Below are positions 11,621-22,389 of a stretch of DNA of 64,000 nt, piece by piece (the stretch's first letter is position 1; each line of letters starts with the position of its first letter). Position numbers and translations under genes: made by a program. The notes beneath the pieces are model-generated. The model ran no database searches and was not told the origin of the DNA. It worked only from the letters and a program-made list of their open reading frames with translations. Source of the DNA: an uncultured delta proteobacterium (GTDB taxonomy: Bacteria; Myxococcota_A; Polyangia; Polyangiales; Polyangiaceae); the NCBI GenBank assembly GCA_963696385.1, contig CAVOKF010000005.1:640001-704000 (forward strand), read 5' to 3'.

Positions 11621-11776
11621 ATGTTGAAATGGATCGGGGGCGTCGCGGTTCTTCTCGTTGCCCTCTGGGCGTTCGGCGTCGCGCTCCACCTGTTCGGCTG
11701 GCTCGTCCATCTCCTGCTAGGGCTGGCGGCCATTTCGGTTCTCGTTCGCTTCCTCTTGCGTCGCCGGTCCGCCTGA
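11621..11776 (+). CDS. small membrane protein (lmo0937/DUF5670-like)
   Basis: [28 protein letters not shown]...[18 protein letters not shown], two hydrophobic helices. Confidence 0.65.
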   Translation: MLKWIGGVAVLLVALWAFGVALHLFGWLVHLLLGLAAISVLVRFLLRRRSA

Positions 11777-11823
11777 CGGGTGGACCCGCTTCGCGACCGA
11801 ACCGCACCGCCGCCGGTCGGCAC

Positions 11824-14169
11824 TCACACGATCCCGAGACGCTTGAACACGGGCACTTTCGCGTTGTCGACCAGGAGCGCAAAAACGATGGATCCCACGA
11901 ACGTCCCTCCAATCGCGATCCAGGGCAGGGGAGCCATCGCGATGCCGCAACCCGCCAAGACCGAGGCGATCGAGAGATCCGTGACCGAGGAGACCACGAG
12001 CCATCGACTGGGGCGGGTCGACCACAAGCGTTGACGAGTTCGGTTCGTATAGGTCGTCGCTTGATTGCCGGCCACGATGACCACGAAGGCGAGAGACTGC
12101 AGCGTCTTGAGGGCCAGATGCAGACCGAATTGGCCAATCGCCAATACCGCGGTGCACAAAAGGAGCTCGGCGAGACCCATGAAGACCCCGGCGGCCGTCA
12201 GGTTGCCGACTTTCCATGCGCTCGGCGTGGGCGATGGCCGCACGTGGTCGGTCGTCAGGGCCATGCCGAGGAAATCGCCGGTGATCATGACGATCACCAT
12301 CAACATCGGCGTCAGGATCGCATGTCCCGTCAAGACGAGCCCCAAGGCTAGAAAGAGGACTTGGACGACCTTCTTCGTCACGGAATTGATCGTATACGTT
12401 CGGATGCGCTGAAACGTGATCCGCCCTTCCTTGATGGCGGCCACGACGCCATCGAGCCCGGGCTTGGTCAGTACGATTCCAGCCGCCGACTTGGCGACGT
12501 CGGTGGCCGTCGAAACAGCAATGCCCATCTGGGCCTGCCGCAGCGCCGGCGCGTCGTTGGCGCCGTCGCCGCACATGCCCACGGTGTGGCCGGTTTTCTG
12601 GAACGCTTGAACGAGGCGAAATTTGTCCTCGGGAAGGACACCGGCGAAGACCGCGAACGTCTCGGGACGCACGCCCTCCGGGATCGGGCCGGGGGGGCAG
12701 ATGGCGCCGTCGAGCCCGACTTCTCGCGCAATGATCCCGGCGGTCTCGGGGGCATCGCCGGTCACCATCACGGTGCGCACTCCCAACGTGGAGAGCTCCT
12801 GGATGAGCTTGGCAGCATCGGCGCGCGGCGGGTCGCTCAGGGCGATGATTCCGACGATCCGTAGCGGGGTCGTGCCGGCGGCCACCGCCAGAACCCGGAA
12901 GCCCTTTTCCTCGAGTTCACGGACCGTCTGGGCGGCCGTGGCGGCCGGCTCGGACCGCGGGGCGACGGCCGCGAAGGCGCCTTTCACGGCGTTGAACGGG
13001 GCCCCGCCGGGATCGAGGGCCGTCGCTTCGCTCATCTTCGTGCCGGGATCGAATGGCACGAAATGGGTCGGCTTCGGCAGCGGCGCGGGGCTCGCCTTCG
13101 CGCAGGCCGATCGAATGGCGGCGTCTACAGGATCCTGTCCGCCCTCCGAACTGGCGAGGGCCGCCATCTGCAGCACGTGCGCTTCGTCGAAGCCGGGTTC
13201 GGGGCGGACGGCCGTGACCGACAGCTCGTTCTGAGTGAGCGTTCCCGTTTTGTCGGAACATAGAACGTCCAACGTGGCCGCCTCGTCGACCGCCGACAAC
13301 CGGGTTGGAAGCACGCCCAGGCGCGCCAGGACATTCGCGCCGATGGCCGCGGCCAGGGTGAACGTGGCCGACAGCGCCACGGGAATGGATGCCAGCACCG
13401 CCGTCAGAACCAGCGGAATGATCTCGCGCACCGGCATGTGGCGCGCATGCGCGTACCCGACGAGCAAAGCGATGATGCCGCCGTTGAACAGGGCCAGATT
13501 GCGGACCACACGCACCACCGTTTTTTGCTGGGTGCTCTCGACGTGCGCGGTTCGCACCAGTTCCGCCGTATGCCCGAACTGGGTGCGGCCCCCGGTGGCG
13601 GTGACGATCGCGGTGGCCTCGCCGCGTCGCACCAGCGCCCCGGCATAGGTGTGGATGCCGGGGCCAGCCTCGATCGGGACCGATTCGCCGGTCAGCATGG
13701 ACTGGTCGAGCAGGATCGATCCCGCGACCAGTGTGACGTCGGCCGCCACCACCGCGCCGAGCGATAGTTTGACGGCGTCGCCGGGGACGATCTCCGAGGC
13801 GGCGACGTTCTTCCACGCACCGTCACGCCGGACGGAGGCCGTGAGCGCGAGGCGCGATTTCAGTGCAGAAAGCGTCGCCTGCGCCCGCCCCTCTTGGAAG
13901 AACCCGAGAGCGGCGTTGAAGACGAGCAGTCCCGCGACCACGGCCGCTTCGACGTACTCATGGAGGACGGTCTGCAGTACGATGGCCGCTTCGAGCATCC
14001 AGGGAACCGGTGCCCAAAACTTGGCGAGCGCCATCTGCCAGGCCCGTACCGAGCTGTCGGGCATCGCATTCGGGCCGTACGTCGCCTGTCGCGCGCGGGC
14101 CTCCTCGCTCGTGAGGCCGGCGCACGGATCCTTTTCACCGTTACCCTGCACCGAGGCGGGCGCCGTCAT
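11824..14169 (-). CDS. P-type ATPase, plasma-membrane proton-efflux (P3A)-like
   Basis: DQSMLTGES, IPVAL, CSDKTGTLT, VKGA, SDPPR, TGD, GDGANDAPAL. Confidence 0.9.
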   Translation of the reverse strand: MTAPASVQGNGEKDPCAGLTSEEARARQATYGPNAMPDSSVRAWQMALAKFWAPVPWMLEAAIVLQTVLHEYVEAAVVAGLLVFNAALGFFQEGRAQATLSALKSRLALTASVRRDGAWKNVAASEIVPGDAVKLSLGAVVAADVTLVAGSILLDQSMLTGESVPIEAGPGIHTYAGALVRRGEATAIVTATGGRTQFGHTAELVRTAHVESTQQKTVVRVVRNLALFNGGIIALLVGYAHARHMPVREIIPLVLTAVLASIPVALSATFTLAAAIGANVLARLGVLPTRLSAVDEAATLDVLCSDKTGTLTQNELSVTAVRPEPGFDEAHVLQMAALASSEGGQDPVDAAIRSACAKASPAPLPKPTHFVPFDPGTKMSEATALDPGGAPFNAVKGAFAAVAPRSEPAATAAQTVRELEEKGFRVLAVAAGTTPLRIVGIIALSDPPRADAAKLIQELSTLGVRTVMVTGDAPETAGIIAREVGLDGAICPPGPIPEGVRPETFAVFAGVLPEDKFRLVQAFQKTGHTVGMCGDGANDAPALRQAQMGIAVSTATDVAKSAAGIVLTKPGLDGVVAAIKEGRITFQRIRTYTINSVTKKVVQVLFLALGLVLTGHAILTPMLMVIVMITGDFLGMALTTDHVRPSPTPSAWKVGNLTAAGVFMGLAELLLCTAVLAIGQFGLHLALKTLQSLAFVVIVAGNQATTYTNRTRQRLWSTRPSRWLVVSSVTDLSIASVLAGCGIAMAPLPWIAIGGTFVGSIVFALLVDNAKVPVFKRLGIV

Positions 14170-14202
14170 GGGACCGCGATTCGCGAAGGACCCGAGCTAT
14201 TC

Positions 14203-15657
14203 ATGAACCAACTCCAGACGATTGCCCGCCGAATCATGATCGAGCGCGGTCTTTTGCCCGATGTTTCGCCTGCCGTATTGGCCGAGGTGGCCGGTGTCGT
14301 GCACGCTCCCCTCGCGCAGACACCGGATGTCCGCGATTTGCGGGGGCTTCTTTGGGCGTCGATCGACAACGACACGTCCCGCGATCTCGACCAGCTGTCG
14401 GTCGCCGAGCGCTGGACCGGCGGCGCCGTCAAGATCCGGGTCGCCATCGCCGACGTCGATGCGGTTGTCCGGCCGGGCTCGGCGATCGATCAGCATGCCC
14501 GCACGAATACCACTTCCGTTTACACGGCCGCAGGGGTCTTCCCCATGCTGCCGGAGCGACTCTCCACGGATCTGACCTCCCTCGGGCAGGGCCAAGACCG
14601 TCTTGCGATCGGGATCGAGTGGGTGGTCGACGCCGACGGCACCGTGCGCGAGTCGGACGTTTATCGTGCGCTCGTGCGCAATCGCGCGAAACTCGCCTAC
14701 GGATCGGTCGCCGCGTGGCTCGAGGGATTGGCGCCGGCGCCCGCGGCGATCGACGCGGTTTCCGGGATCGACGAGCAGATCCGAATTCAGGATCGGGTGG
14801 CGCAGTCCATGCGGACGCGACGGTTTCGCCACGGCGCGCTGAGCCTGCAGACCTTCCAGGCCCAGGCTGTGTTCGACGGCAACGATCTTGCCGACTTGAG
14901 ACCCGACGAGCCGAATCGGGCCAAGGAGTTGATTGAGGACCTCATGGTGGCCGCCAACGGGGTGACCGCGACTTTTCTCGCGCACAAGGGTTTTCCGTCC
15001 TTGCGGCGGGTCCTGCGTTCCCCCGAGCGGTGGGGCCGGATCGTGACCCTCGCCAAGGACCTGGGCGACAATCTGCCCACCGAACCGAGCGGCGAGGCGC
15101 TCGCTGCCTTTCTCACGAAGCGCAAAATCGCAGACCCCGATCGATTCGCGGATCTTTCCCTTTCCGTGGTGAAGCTCTTGGGTCGCGGCGAGTACGTGCT
15201 GCAGTGGCCCGACGCCAAGCCCGCCGGACACTTTGCCCTGGCCGTGACCGACTACACCCATTCGACCGCGCCCAATCGCCGCTTCCCAGATCTCGTGACG
15301 CAGCGCTTGCTCAAAGCGGCCGTCGCCGCCCGGCCGGTGCCCTACACCGACGGCGATTTGAGCGCGCTCGCCACGCATTGTACCGTCCAGGAAACCCAGG
15401 CGGCCAAAGTGGAACGGCACGTGAACAAATCCGCCGCGGCACTGCTGCTCGCGTCACGCATCGGGCAACGGTTTGACGCTCTGGTGACCGGCGCCTCGGA
15501 AAAGGGAACCTGGGTCCGCATTGCTCACCCCGCCACCGAAGGCAAGGTCGTGCGCGGGTTCCAGGGGCTCGACGTAGGTGATCGAACGCGGGTCGAGCTC
15601 GTATCCACCGACGTCGAGCGCGGATTCATCGACTTTGCGGGACCGGGTAGCTCGTGA
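14203..15657 (+). CDS. RNB domain ribonuclease (RNase II/R family)
   Basis: SIDNDTSRDLDQ, VAIADV, IEDLMVAAN, GHFALAVTDYTHSTAPNRRFPDL, C-terminal S1-like domain. Confidence 0.9.
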   Translation: MNQLQTIARRIMIERGLLPDVSPAVLAEVAGVVHAPLAQTPDVRDLRGLLWASIDNDTSRDLDQLSVAERWTGGAVKIRVAIADVDAVVRPGSAIDQHARTNTTSVYTAAGVFPMLPERLSTDLTSLGQGQDRLAIGIEWVVDADGTVRESDVYRALVRNRAKLAYGSVAAWLEGLAPAPAAIDAVSGIDEQIRIQDRVAQSMRTRRFRHGALSLQTFQAQAVFDGNDLADLRPDEPNRAKELIEDLMVAANGVTATFLAHKGFPSLRRVLRSPERWGRIVTLAKDLGDNLPTEPSGEALAAFLTKRKIADPDRFADLSLSVVKLLGRGEYVLQWPDAKPAGHFALAVTDYTHSTAPNRRFPDLVTQRLLKAAVAARPVPYTDGDLSALATHCTVQETQAAKVERHVNKSAAALLLASRIGQRFDALVTGASEKGTWVRIAHPATEGKVVRGFQGLDVGDRTRVELVSTDVERGFIDFAGPGSS

Positions 15658-16292
15658 GCGGCCAGCCCGCATTCGACCTCGAAGCCTGGCTCGCGGCAGC
15701 CCCCGCGAGTCCACCTATCGTGCAGGCCGGCGACCCCGTCCTTCGCCGCGGCGCCGAGGCCGTTCCCTCGTCTCTGTTTGGAACCGTCGAGCTCTCGCAG
15801 CTCGTCTCCGTCATGGTCGACGTCATGCGGGCAGCGCCCGGCGTCGGCCTGGCGGCCCCGCAAATCGGCGTTCCGCTGCGCGTCTTCGTCGCCGAAGACT
15901 CCGAAGATCGTCTGGCCCACCTGGACGCCGACGTCCTTGCCGTGCGCGGTCGAACTCCCCTTCCTTTGATGGCGCTCATCAACCCGGTCGTCGTCGCCGT
16001 CTCGGAAGACCATGCCACGTTCTTCGAAGGCTGCTTGAGCGTGCGGGGTTACGGTGCGCTTGTCCGCCGGGCGGCCTCGGTCGACGTCGCCGGCGCCGAC
16101 GTCAACGGCGGCCCCACTTCACTGCGGCTGCACGGGTGGCCTGCGCGGATCATGCAGCACGAATTCGATCACCTCGACGGAACCCTGTACGTCGACCGGA
16201 TGATCCCCCGCTCGCTGTCGTGCGACGCCGAGCTTGCCCGGTGGGGCGGCCGGCCCGTCTCGGACGTGTTCCGGGAGCTCGTCGACCGCTGA
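15654..16292 (+). CDS. def: peptide deformylase
   Basis: GVGLAAPQ, EGCLS, QHEFDHLDG; GTGA overlap with the RNB gene stop. Confidence 0.93.
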   Translation: MSGQPAFDLEAWLAAAPASPPIVQAGDPVLRRGAEAVPSSLFGTVELSQLVSVMVDVMRAAPGVGLAAPQIGVPLRVFVAEDSEDRLAHLDADVLAVRGRTPLPLMALINPVVVAVSEDHATFFEGCLSVRGYGALVRRAASVDVAGADVNGGPTSLRLHGWPARIMQHEFDHLDGTLYVDRMIPRSLSCDAELARWGGRPVSDVFRELVDR

Positions 16293-16326
16293 TCGTCGGT
16301 GGGTGCGCGCCGATGCAGCCTGAGAG

Positions 16327-16608
16327 CTACTTGCAGGTGACCACCATCTCGCCGTTGTCTCCCGGCCTTCCGATGGGCTCGCTCATCGAGTCGGGTGACG
16401 TGTAGCGATCTTGGTTGCCTCGCGAATCCACCACGTCGTAGCCCTTCGGACACGCATCGGACGCAAGCTCGCGGCACTTGGCGCGGTCGTGGGGGCAGCG
16501 AATCGACATCCAACCGGTTTGTCCCTCGGGCCCCTTCATGGGGATCACGGATGGGGCGCTGGAACCGCAGGCGAAAAGCACGATCGAGCACGAGACAATC
16601 CATCGCAT
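16327..16608 (-). CDS. small Cys-containing lipoprotein
   Basis: Signal peptide with lipobox-like LFAC; four further Cys (RC, KC, CPKGY, TCK). Confidence 0.65.
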   Translation of the reverse strand: MRWIVSCSIVLFACGSSAPSVIPMKGPEGQTGWMSIRCPHDRAKCRELASDACPKGYDVVDSRGNQDRYTSPDSMSEPIGRPGDNGEMVVTCK

Positions 16609-16725
16609 GGGGCTTTTCGCTGTCTAGTGCAACCGGCAGCGCGCCGCGACCGGCCAGCGACTCGCACGGCCGCGGTCGCGTGCGCGCACCGCGGTCGAGG
16701 TCGGTGTCCATGCGAGGTCGAGGTG

Positions 16726-18267
16726 TCACGTCCCTTCCATTCGCACCTCCGCGGCCAGCCGAAGGCCCCGCGGGATGACGAGGCGATCGATCAGCGTGAA
16801 GAGTCCCTCGACGAGGAGCGCCAGAAGCGCGGCGGGGATGGCCCCTTCGAGGATGAGCGCCGAATCGTCGAGGTTCAATCCCGTGCTGATGGGCGCCCCG
16901 AATCCGCCCGCGCCCACGAAGGCGGCCAGTGTGGCGCCGCCGACCCCGATCACGGCGCTCGTGCGAATTCCGGCCAGGATGGATCGCGACGCGAGCGGCA
17001 GCTCCACGAGCACGAGCTGAGCCCAGTCGCTCAAACCGAGCGCGACGGCGGACTCGCGCAGGCCCGGGGCGATTCCATCCAGACCGGCGACCGTGTTGCG
17101 CACGATCGGCAATAACCCATAGAGAAAAAGGGCTGCGATCGCTGGCACGATGCCCGTGCCGAAGAGCGGGACGAAAAAGCAGAGCAGCGCCAGGGCCGGG
17201 ATCGTTTGAACGACGCTCGTCGCACCGAGCACGAATCGTCCGATCGCTCGGTTCCGGCAGGCGATCACCCCGAGCGGGATTCCCACGACGATCGCCAGCA
17301 AGAGCGAGATCGCCACGATCCCGACGTGTCTCGGACCTTCCGTGCCGATGACCCCGATCATGCCGGACACGATCGACGGCCGATCTCGGCGCAGGCTTGA
17401 CGCCGGATCGCCACCCCCTTTGGACCGCAAGAACTCTTGGGCGACCGAGGCGAACGTCCACCCGTCGATCTCCGCTCGCGCGTTGAGCCGGATCATCGTG
17501 GCCCCGTCGAGTGTCCCGGCCAGCGCGCGAATGGCCTGCATGGCGTCGGGAACGCGTCCGACGGCGTCGGTGCGATAGAGAAATACGGCCTGGTACGAAG
17601 GGAAGAACCGCCGATTGTCGGCGAGCACCGTGAGGTGATAACGCTCGATCTTGGCGTCGGTCGAATAGACATCCATGGCGTCGATCGATCCCCGCGCGAT
17701 CGCCTCGTACGCGAGGCCGTGCTCGATCGCCTGCACGTGCAGGTCGGATAGGCCGTAGCGCGCGGCCAGTGCGGGGAAGCCGTCGCTCCGTCCCAGAAAC
17801 TCCGGACTGAAGCCGAGCCGCAGGTCCGGACGGGACGCCAGTTCCGAAAGGGTGGAAAGGGGGCGTTCTTCGACGACTCTCGGCGCGACGGCGACGGCGT
17901 ACGTGTTGTCGAAGCCGAGCGAATCGGTCATCGCGATTCCGTGGGGCGCAAGCATCCGGCGTAGCGCAGACAGGTCCGCGCCGTCCGGCGTCTTGAGGAT
18001 CGCCTCGGCCAGGGTGCCCGTGTACTCGGGGTAGACGTCGATCGACCCTTCCTCGAGCGCTCGGAAGAGCAGAGCCGTTCCCCCCAGACCTTGCTCATGG
18101 GTGACGGTGGCTCCTCCCGCGCGACGAGCGGCTTCTGCCGCGATCTCCGCCAGGATGTACGATTCGGTAAATCGCTTCGACCCGATGCGCAGCGGGCGAC
18201 GCTCCGCGCCGCTCGCGACGGCTGCCATCGCGATCCCTCCGATCGCCCATAGGACAGTCGCCGTCAC
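16726..18267 (-). CDS. osmoprotectant (glycine betaine-type) ABC transporter, substrate-binding plus permease fusion
   Basis: IGSKRFTESYIL, YPEYTGT, GFDNTYA, YSTDA; permease QTIPALAL, EAA-like ESAVALG, FVGAGGFG; GTG overlapping the ATPase stop. Confidence 0.88.
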   Translation of the reverse strand: MTATVLWAIGGIAMAAVASGAERRPLRIGSKRFTESYILAEIAAEAARRAGGATVTHEQGLGGTALLFRALEEGSIDVYPEYTGTLAEAILKTPDGADLSALRRMLAPHGIAMTDSLGFDNTYAVAVAPRVVEERPLSTLSELASRPDLRLGFSPEFLGRSDGFPALAARYGLSDLHVQAIEHGLAYEAIARGSIDAMDVYSTDAKIERYHLTVLADNRRFFPSYQAVFLYRTDAVGRVPDAMQAIRALAGTLDGATMIRLNARAEIDGWTFASVAQEFLRSKGGGDPASSLRRDRPSIVSGMIGVIGTEGPRHVGIVAISLLLAIVVGIPLGVIACRNRAIGRFVLGATSVVQTIPALALLCFFVPLFGTGIVPAIAALFLYGLLPIVRNTVAGLDGIAPGLRESAVALGLSDWAQLVLVELPLASRSILAGIRTSAVIGVGGATLAAFVGAGGFGAPISTGLNLDDSALILEGAIPAALLALLVEGLFTLIDRLVIPRGLRLAAEVRMEGT

Positions 18268-18992
18268 GCGCACGGCGGTCGCGCCTCGATGAACTCGCGT
18301 ACGAAGGGGTCGGCGGGCGCAAGGACCAGCTGTCGCATCGTTCCCTGTTGGACGACCTGCCCGCTTCGCATCAGGGCCACGTGGGTGCCCAGATAGGCGG
18401 CCTCGTCGAGGTCGTGCGTGACGAGCAGAACCGTCTTGCCCCAATCGAGGAAGATTTGTTTGAGGTCCTCGCGGAGCCGCGCGCGGACGATGGGATCGAG
18501 CGCCCCCATGGGCTCGTCCATCAGCAGAACGGGGGGATCGAGCATCAGCGCCCGCATGATTCCGACCCGCTGTTGCTCTCCGCCGCTCAGCTGCGCCGAA
18601 TAACGGCCGAGCAGTCGCTCGTCGACGCGAACCAGCCGCGCGAGCGCCTCGAGGCGCGAAGCGATCCGGGGCGGCGACCAGCGGAGGTGCCGCGCCAAGA
18701 GCGCGACGTTGTCGCCCGCCGTGAGGTGGGGAAATAGGCCTCCCGCTTGAACGACGTAGCCGATGCGGCGACGCACGGCCTGGACCGTCTTGGGCGTCAC
18801 GATCATCCCGTCGACCCGAACGTGACCGGCATCGGGGACGAGCAGCCCGCAGACCAGTCGCAAAATCGTCGATTTCCCGCAACCGCTGGGACCGACCAGT
18901 GCGAGTGTTTCGCCTGAACGGACAAAAAGCCGAGTGGGGTGCAAGACCCGCTTGCCATCGAGCGTCTTCGATACGCCGTCGAGTGCGATCAC
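18264..18992 (-). CDS. osmoprotectant ABC transporter ATP-binding protein
   Basis: GPSGCGKS, LFPHLT, LSGGEQQRV, LLMDEP, VTHD; start at GTG (VIALDG). Confidence 0.9.
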   Translation of the reverse strand: MIALDGVSKTLDGKRVLHPTRLFVRSGETLALVGPSGCGKSTILRLVCGLLVPDAGHVRVDGMIVTPKTVQAVRRRIGYVVQAGGLFPHLTAGDNVALLARHLRWSPPRIASRLEALARLVRVDERLLGRYSAQLSGGEQQRVGIMRALMLDPPVLLMDEPMGALDPIVRARLREDLKQIFLDWGKTVLLVTHDLDEAAYLGTHVALMRSGQVVQQGTMRQLVLAPADPFVREFIEARPPCA

Positions 18993-19394
18993 GAAGACCG
19001 CCCGGGAACGTCGACGATCTCGACCCTCATCGACGGCGCCCGCAGCGTCGGTTTCGGCGCTCGCACGCACGAGCGAGCCGGTTCGGGGGTGCGGGGCATT
19101 CGGCGGCTGAGCATCCCGTACATAATGCCGGTCCGAGGTCATGTGTGAGACTCTCTGCGGAGTCCAAAAGCCTTTTTCATGGCTTGCGCCGCGATGCCCC
19201 AAGCGCATAATGGTTGTGTCAGTCGTCGCGGCTTCGGACGGATGATCGCAAGCGCCGGGTAACGCTTTCGCGCGCCACTGGAACGCGCCCGGCGGCGGTA
19301 CGGCCCGCTGTGGGTGCGTGCGCCAAGCGCTGACGAACTGGCAGGAAAGACATCTTTGATGGTGCGACAAAATTCGATGCAAGGTGGTGCTCCC

Positions 19395-21092
19395 ATGCAG
19401 CCGCGCCGAGGGGCCTCGGCACACCCGTCGAGGGGCGGCGGCTTCGCGTCGGTCGTCGCTCGATGTGTGGCGGCAGCGGTGGCGATGCTTCTCGCGACGG
19501 CCTGCGGTGGTTCGTCTGCCAGCAAATTCACGGGAATCGGTCCGAGCGACCTTCTTGGCAGTACCAAATCGTACTCGGCCGACGCGTCGACGAGCCAGAA
19601 TCCGAATCAGTTCGGCAATGGGGTTTCCATCCAGTGCAGTGCTGGAACGAACAATTCGTGCACGACCAATACGACATGCGCCGCGGGCAAGAGCACCACC
19701 ATCAGCGGCACGGTGTACGATCCAGCGGGAGTGAACCCGATTTACAGCGTCACGGTTTACGTCCCGGGCGTTCCTGCGAATCAGTTGCCCGATCTGAGCA
19801 CGCTGGGCGTGCCCGCGACGCTCGACGGCGCTGCGCCCGTGTGCGGGTGCGACAATTTCTATCCCCCTGTGGTCGCGAGTGCCGTGACCGACGCCACCGG
19901 CCATTTTGAGATCACCGACGCGCCGTACGGAATGCTGACCCTCGTCGTCCAGACCGGGAAATGGCGGATGGTGTACGAGAACATCACCATTACACAGTGC
20001 TCGAACAACGAGCTCGCCGACAAGAGCCTTCGTCTACCGAGAAACGCCACCGAGGGAAATCTCCCCGAGATCGCCATCTCGACCGGCGGATCCGACTCGC
20101 TCGAGTGCTTGCCGTTGCGCATCGGCGTCGACGCAACCGAGTACGCAGCCGGTGCGGCCGGTCCGGGCCACGTGCATATCTTCCAGGGCAACAACGGGGC
20201 CACGACCGCGCCGGCCGCACCGGCTTCAGGTACGGCGCTGTGGAACTCGGACGCGAACCTGGAACAGAACGACGTGGTCCTCTTCTCGTGCGAGGGTTCG
20301 GAAACACACGACATGACCGCTGCGGACCAGCAGCACTTGCTCGATTACTCGAACGCGGGCGGTCGCGTGTTTCTATCGCACTTCCACTACGCCTGGCTGC
20401 GGACCGGCCCGTTCGCCGCGTTGAACCTCGCCACGTGGCTTGCCAACACCCAAGAGGTCGATGACACGTTGGGCTTCCCCGGCGACGTCAATACGACCTT
20501 CTATGAGGGCAATCAAATGTCCATGTGGCTCGGCAATGTGGCCGCACTCAACCCGAACTCGGGCATTCCGTTGACGGCCTGCCCCGACTGCACCGTCGCG
20601 GGCACCCTTCCGGTCTTTTATGCGCGCCATAACGTCGTGACCCTCGACACACCTCCGTCCAATGGATGGATTCATCTCGATCCGAGCGTGACTCAAGCAC
20701 CGAGCGCTACCCAGTACTTCTCGTTTGACACCCCCGTGGGCGGAGCGACGACGTGCGGTCGCGTCGTGTATAGCGATCTGCACGTGAGCGGAGGCCCCGC
20801 GGAGAGCGTGCCGCCCGGCCCGACCATGGGGACGACGTGTACGGGGGCGCCCCCCGCGTGCTTTTCCCCGGACTACCCGGCGGCTGCCGCCGCGGCGGGC
20901 ATGGCGATGATGGGTGGAGGGGGAAAGGCGGGCATCGTGCCGAGCGGGTGCCGCGGTTACGGGACCGCCGCCAACGATCCCTCGCGCACGCTGTCTCCCC
21001 AGGAGAAGGCGCTCGAGTTCATGCTGTTCGACTTGTCGTCCTGCCTCGTCCCCGTCACGCAGGCGCCCACGCCCCCCGGGCCCCCTCGGTAA
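19395..21092 (+). CDS. myxobacterial Cys-rich lipoprotein with carboxypeptidase-regulatory-like domain (start uncertain)
   Basis: Lipobox-like LATAC; TTISGTVYDPAG, TDATGHF, TGKWR, STGGSDSLEC, GRVVYSDLHV, QEKALEFMLFDLSSC. Confidence 0.75.
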   Translation: MQPRRGASAHPSRGGGFASVVARCVAAAVAMLLATACGGSSASKFTGIGPSDLLGSTKSYSADASTSQNPNQFGNGVSIQCSAGTNNSCTTNTTCAAGKSTTISGTVYDPAGVNPIYSVTVYVPGVPANQLPDLSTLGVPATLDGAAPVCGCDNFYPPVVASAVTDATGHFEITDAPYGMLTLVVQTGKWRMVYENITITQCSNNELADKSLRLPRNATEGNLPEIAISTGGSDSLECLPLRIGVDATEYAAGAAGPGHVHIFQGNNGATTAPAAPASGTALWNSDANLEQNDVVLFSCEGSETHDMTAADQQHLLDYSNAGGRVFLSHFHYAWLRTGPFAALNLATWLANTQEVDDTLGFPGDVNTTFYEGNQMSMWLGNVAALNPNSGIPLTACPDCTVAGTLPVFYARHNVVTLDTPPSNGWIHLDPSVTQAPSATQYFSFDTPVGGATTCGRVVYSDLHVSGGPAESVPPGPTMGTTCTGAPPACFSPDYPAAAAAAGMAMMGGGGKAGIVPSGCRGYGTAANDPSRTLSPQEKALEFMLFDLSSCLVPVTQAPTPPGPPR

Positions 21093-21177
21093 TTGGGGCC
21101 CCCCCCACGCGGGCTCAGGGGAAGGGAAGGGGCATGGTCGGTCCCGCGCGTGTGACGTTAAGAGGGCAGGCAACTTC

Positions 21178-22389
21178 TCAGCGAGGGGGAGGGATCGTAC
21201 CCTGGATTAGGAAGTGACACATCGTCGCCTCCGCCGCGTACGCGATGGCATTCTCCCAGAATTGGGGGACCTGATACGCGAACTGCACCGCCGGGTCGGG
21301 CGACCCGTCGAGGCTGCAGTAGCCCGCCGGCTGCGGACTCGGGTTCCACTGGCTCGTGTATGTCACCCACTCGTCCGTGTAGACGTACACGTGACCCTTG
21401 CCGACGTCTTCGTGGACCGCCGCGATCATGCCCCCGCTGGAACAGTCGACGATCGCGTTGGGCCCAGGGACGATCGTCCGCCCGTAGAAGGCCCCCACTT
21501 CGGTAATGCTCTGTCCGAGCGGGTCGGTCATCCCGTTGCCGAGCGTCTGAGCCCATCCCGCTACCGGATTCGAGTCGCCGAGACAGTATTCCGCGTTACC
21601 GGTCTCGACCGTGTCGAAGGTGTCGGTCTCCGTGTACATGATGTCGGTCAGCGCTTGCACGACCTGGTTGGCCGGACCGATCTCGCCCGAGGACCCCGCG
21701 GTGCATCCCGTGTTGCCGGGGCAATAGTCGAAACCGGACAAAACGATGACGCCCCCGCCGCCCTCAACCCACGTCTTTAGCGCGGTAAGTTCATCCGCGC
21801 TGAACGTCCAATAGCCTCCGCCCATGAGCGCCGGGTCTCCCGTGTAGCCGTAGGACGTGCCTTTCATCGTGACGGGGTAGACCGAGTTCGCCATCCACTG
21901 GAAAATCAGAACATCGTATTGCGCGAGGAATGCCGCCGACAAAGTCGGCTTTGCGGCGCTGGTGCACCCGACGTCGTTGCCGCACCCGAGCTGGACGGCG
22001 CCCGCGCTGCTCTCTGTGTTCAGGAACTCGACGAAAGCTTCCGTGTTGTCGGTCCCGCCTGTGCCGGCTTGAGCGCCCGTGTGCCCGCCGAGACCAAGCG
22101 AAGCGATATTGAAACAGGTGCACATGCCCGCATCGTTGCAGCGCGGGGGACGCGCGGCAGCGCCGTCGTCGTCGCCGCTCGCCGACGACCCCGAAACGAA
22201 AAGCGACGGCCCGCTCCCGGCCGAGATGGAGCCGGAGTTAGGGTTGCTGTTGCTGCCCGTGCCGGTGCCCGTGCCGCTGCCCGTTTGTCCGAACTGGTTC
22301 GTGCTCGTCGTGGACGTCGCGCAAGCGGCGACGGATCCGAGAATAAGGAGCCTCGTGAGGGCCCGAAAACCGGTGGGGCGTTGGCGCAT
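21178..22389 (-). CDS. hypothetical Cys-rich lipoprotein
   Basis: Lipobox VAAC, G/S/T linker, LKTWVEGGGGVIVL and GKGHVYVYTDEW (reminiscent of a class-I GATase-like fold). Confidence 0.7.
   Translation of the reverse strand: MRQRPTGFRALTRLLILGSVAACATSTTSTNQFGQTGSGTGTGTGSNSNPNSGSISAGSGPSLFVSGSSASGDDDGAAARPPRCNDAGMCTCFNIASLGLGGHTGAQAGTGGTDNTEAFVEFLNTESSAGAVQLGCGNDVGCTSAAKPTLSAAFLAQYDVLIFQWMANSVYPVTMKGTSYGYTGDPALMGGGYWTFSADELTALKTWVEGGGGVIVLSGFDYCPGNTGCTAGSSGEIGPANQVVQALTDIMYTETDTFDTVETGNAEYCLGDSNPVAGWAQTLGNGMTDPLGQSITEVGAFYGRTIVPGPNAIVDCSSGGMIAAVHEDVGKGHVYVYTDEWVTYTSQWNPSPQPAGYCSLDGSPDPAVQFAYQVPQFWENAIAYAAEATMCHFLIQGTIPPPR

Noticed and set aside
11231..11710. Extended N-termini from the ORF track (SNF2; also RNB 13894, ABC 19904, BMP 40329, hydrolase 63387)
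   Set aside because: Extensions overlap neighbouring genes or are low-complexity; homology starts at downstream start codons
16712..16724. 13-bp match (TGCGAGGTCGAGG) to the 84-bp repeat unit
   Set aside because: Too short in GC-rich DNA and the flanks do not align
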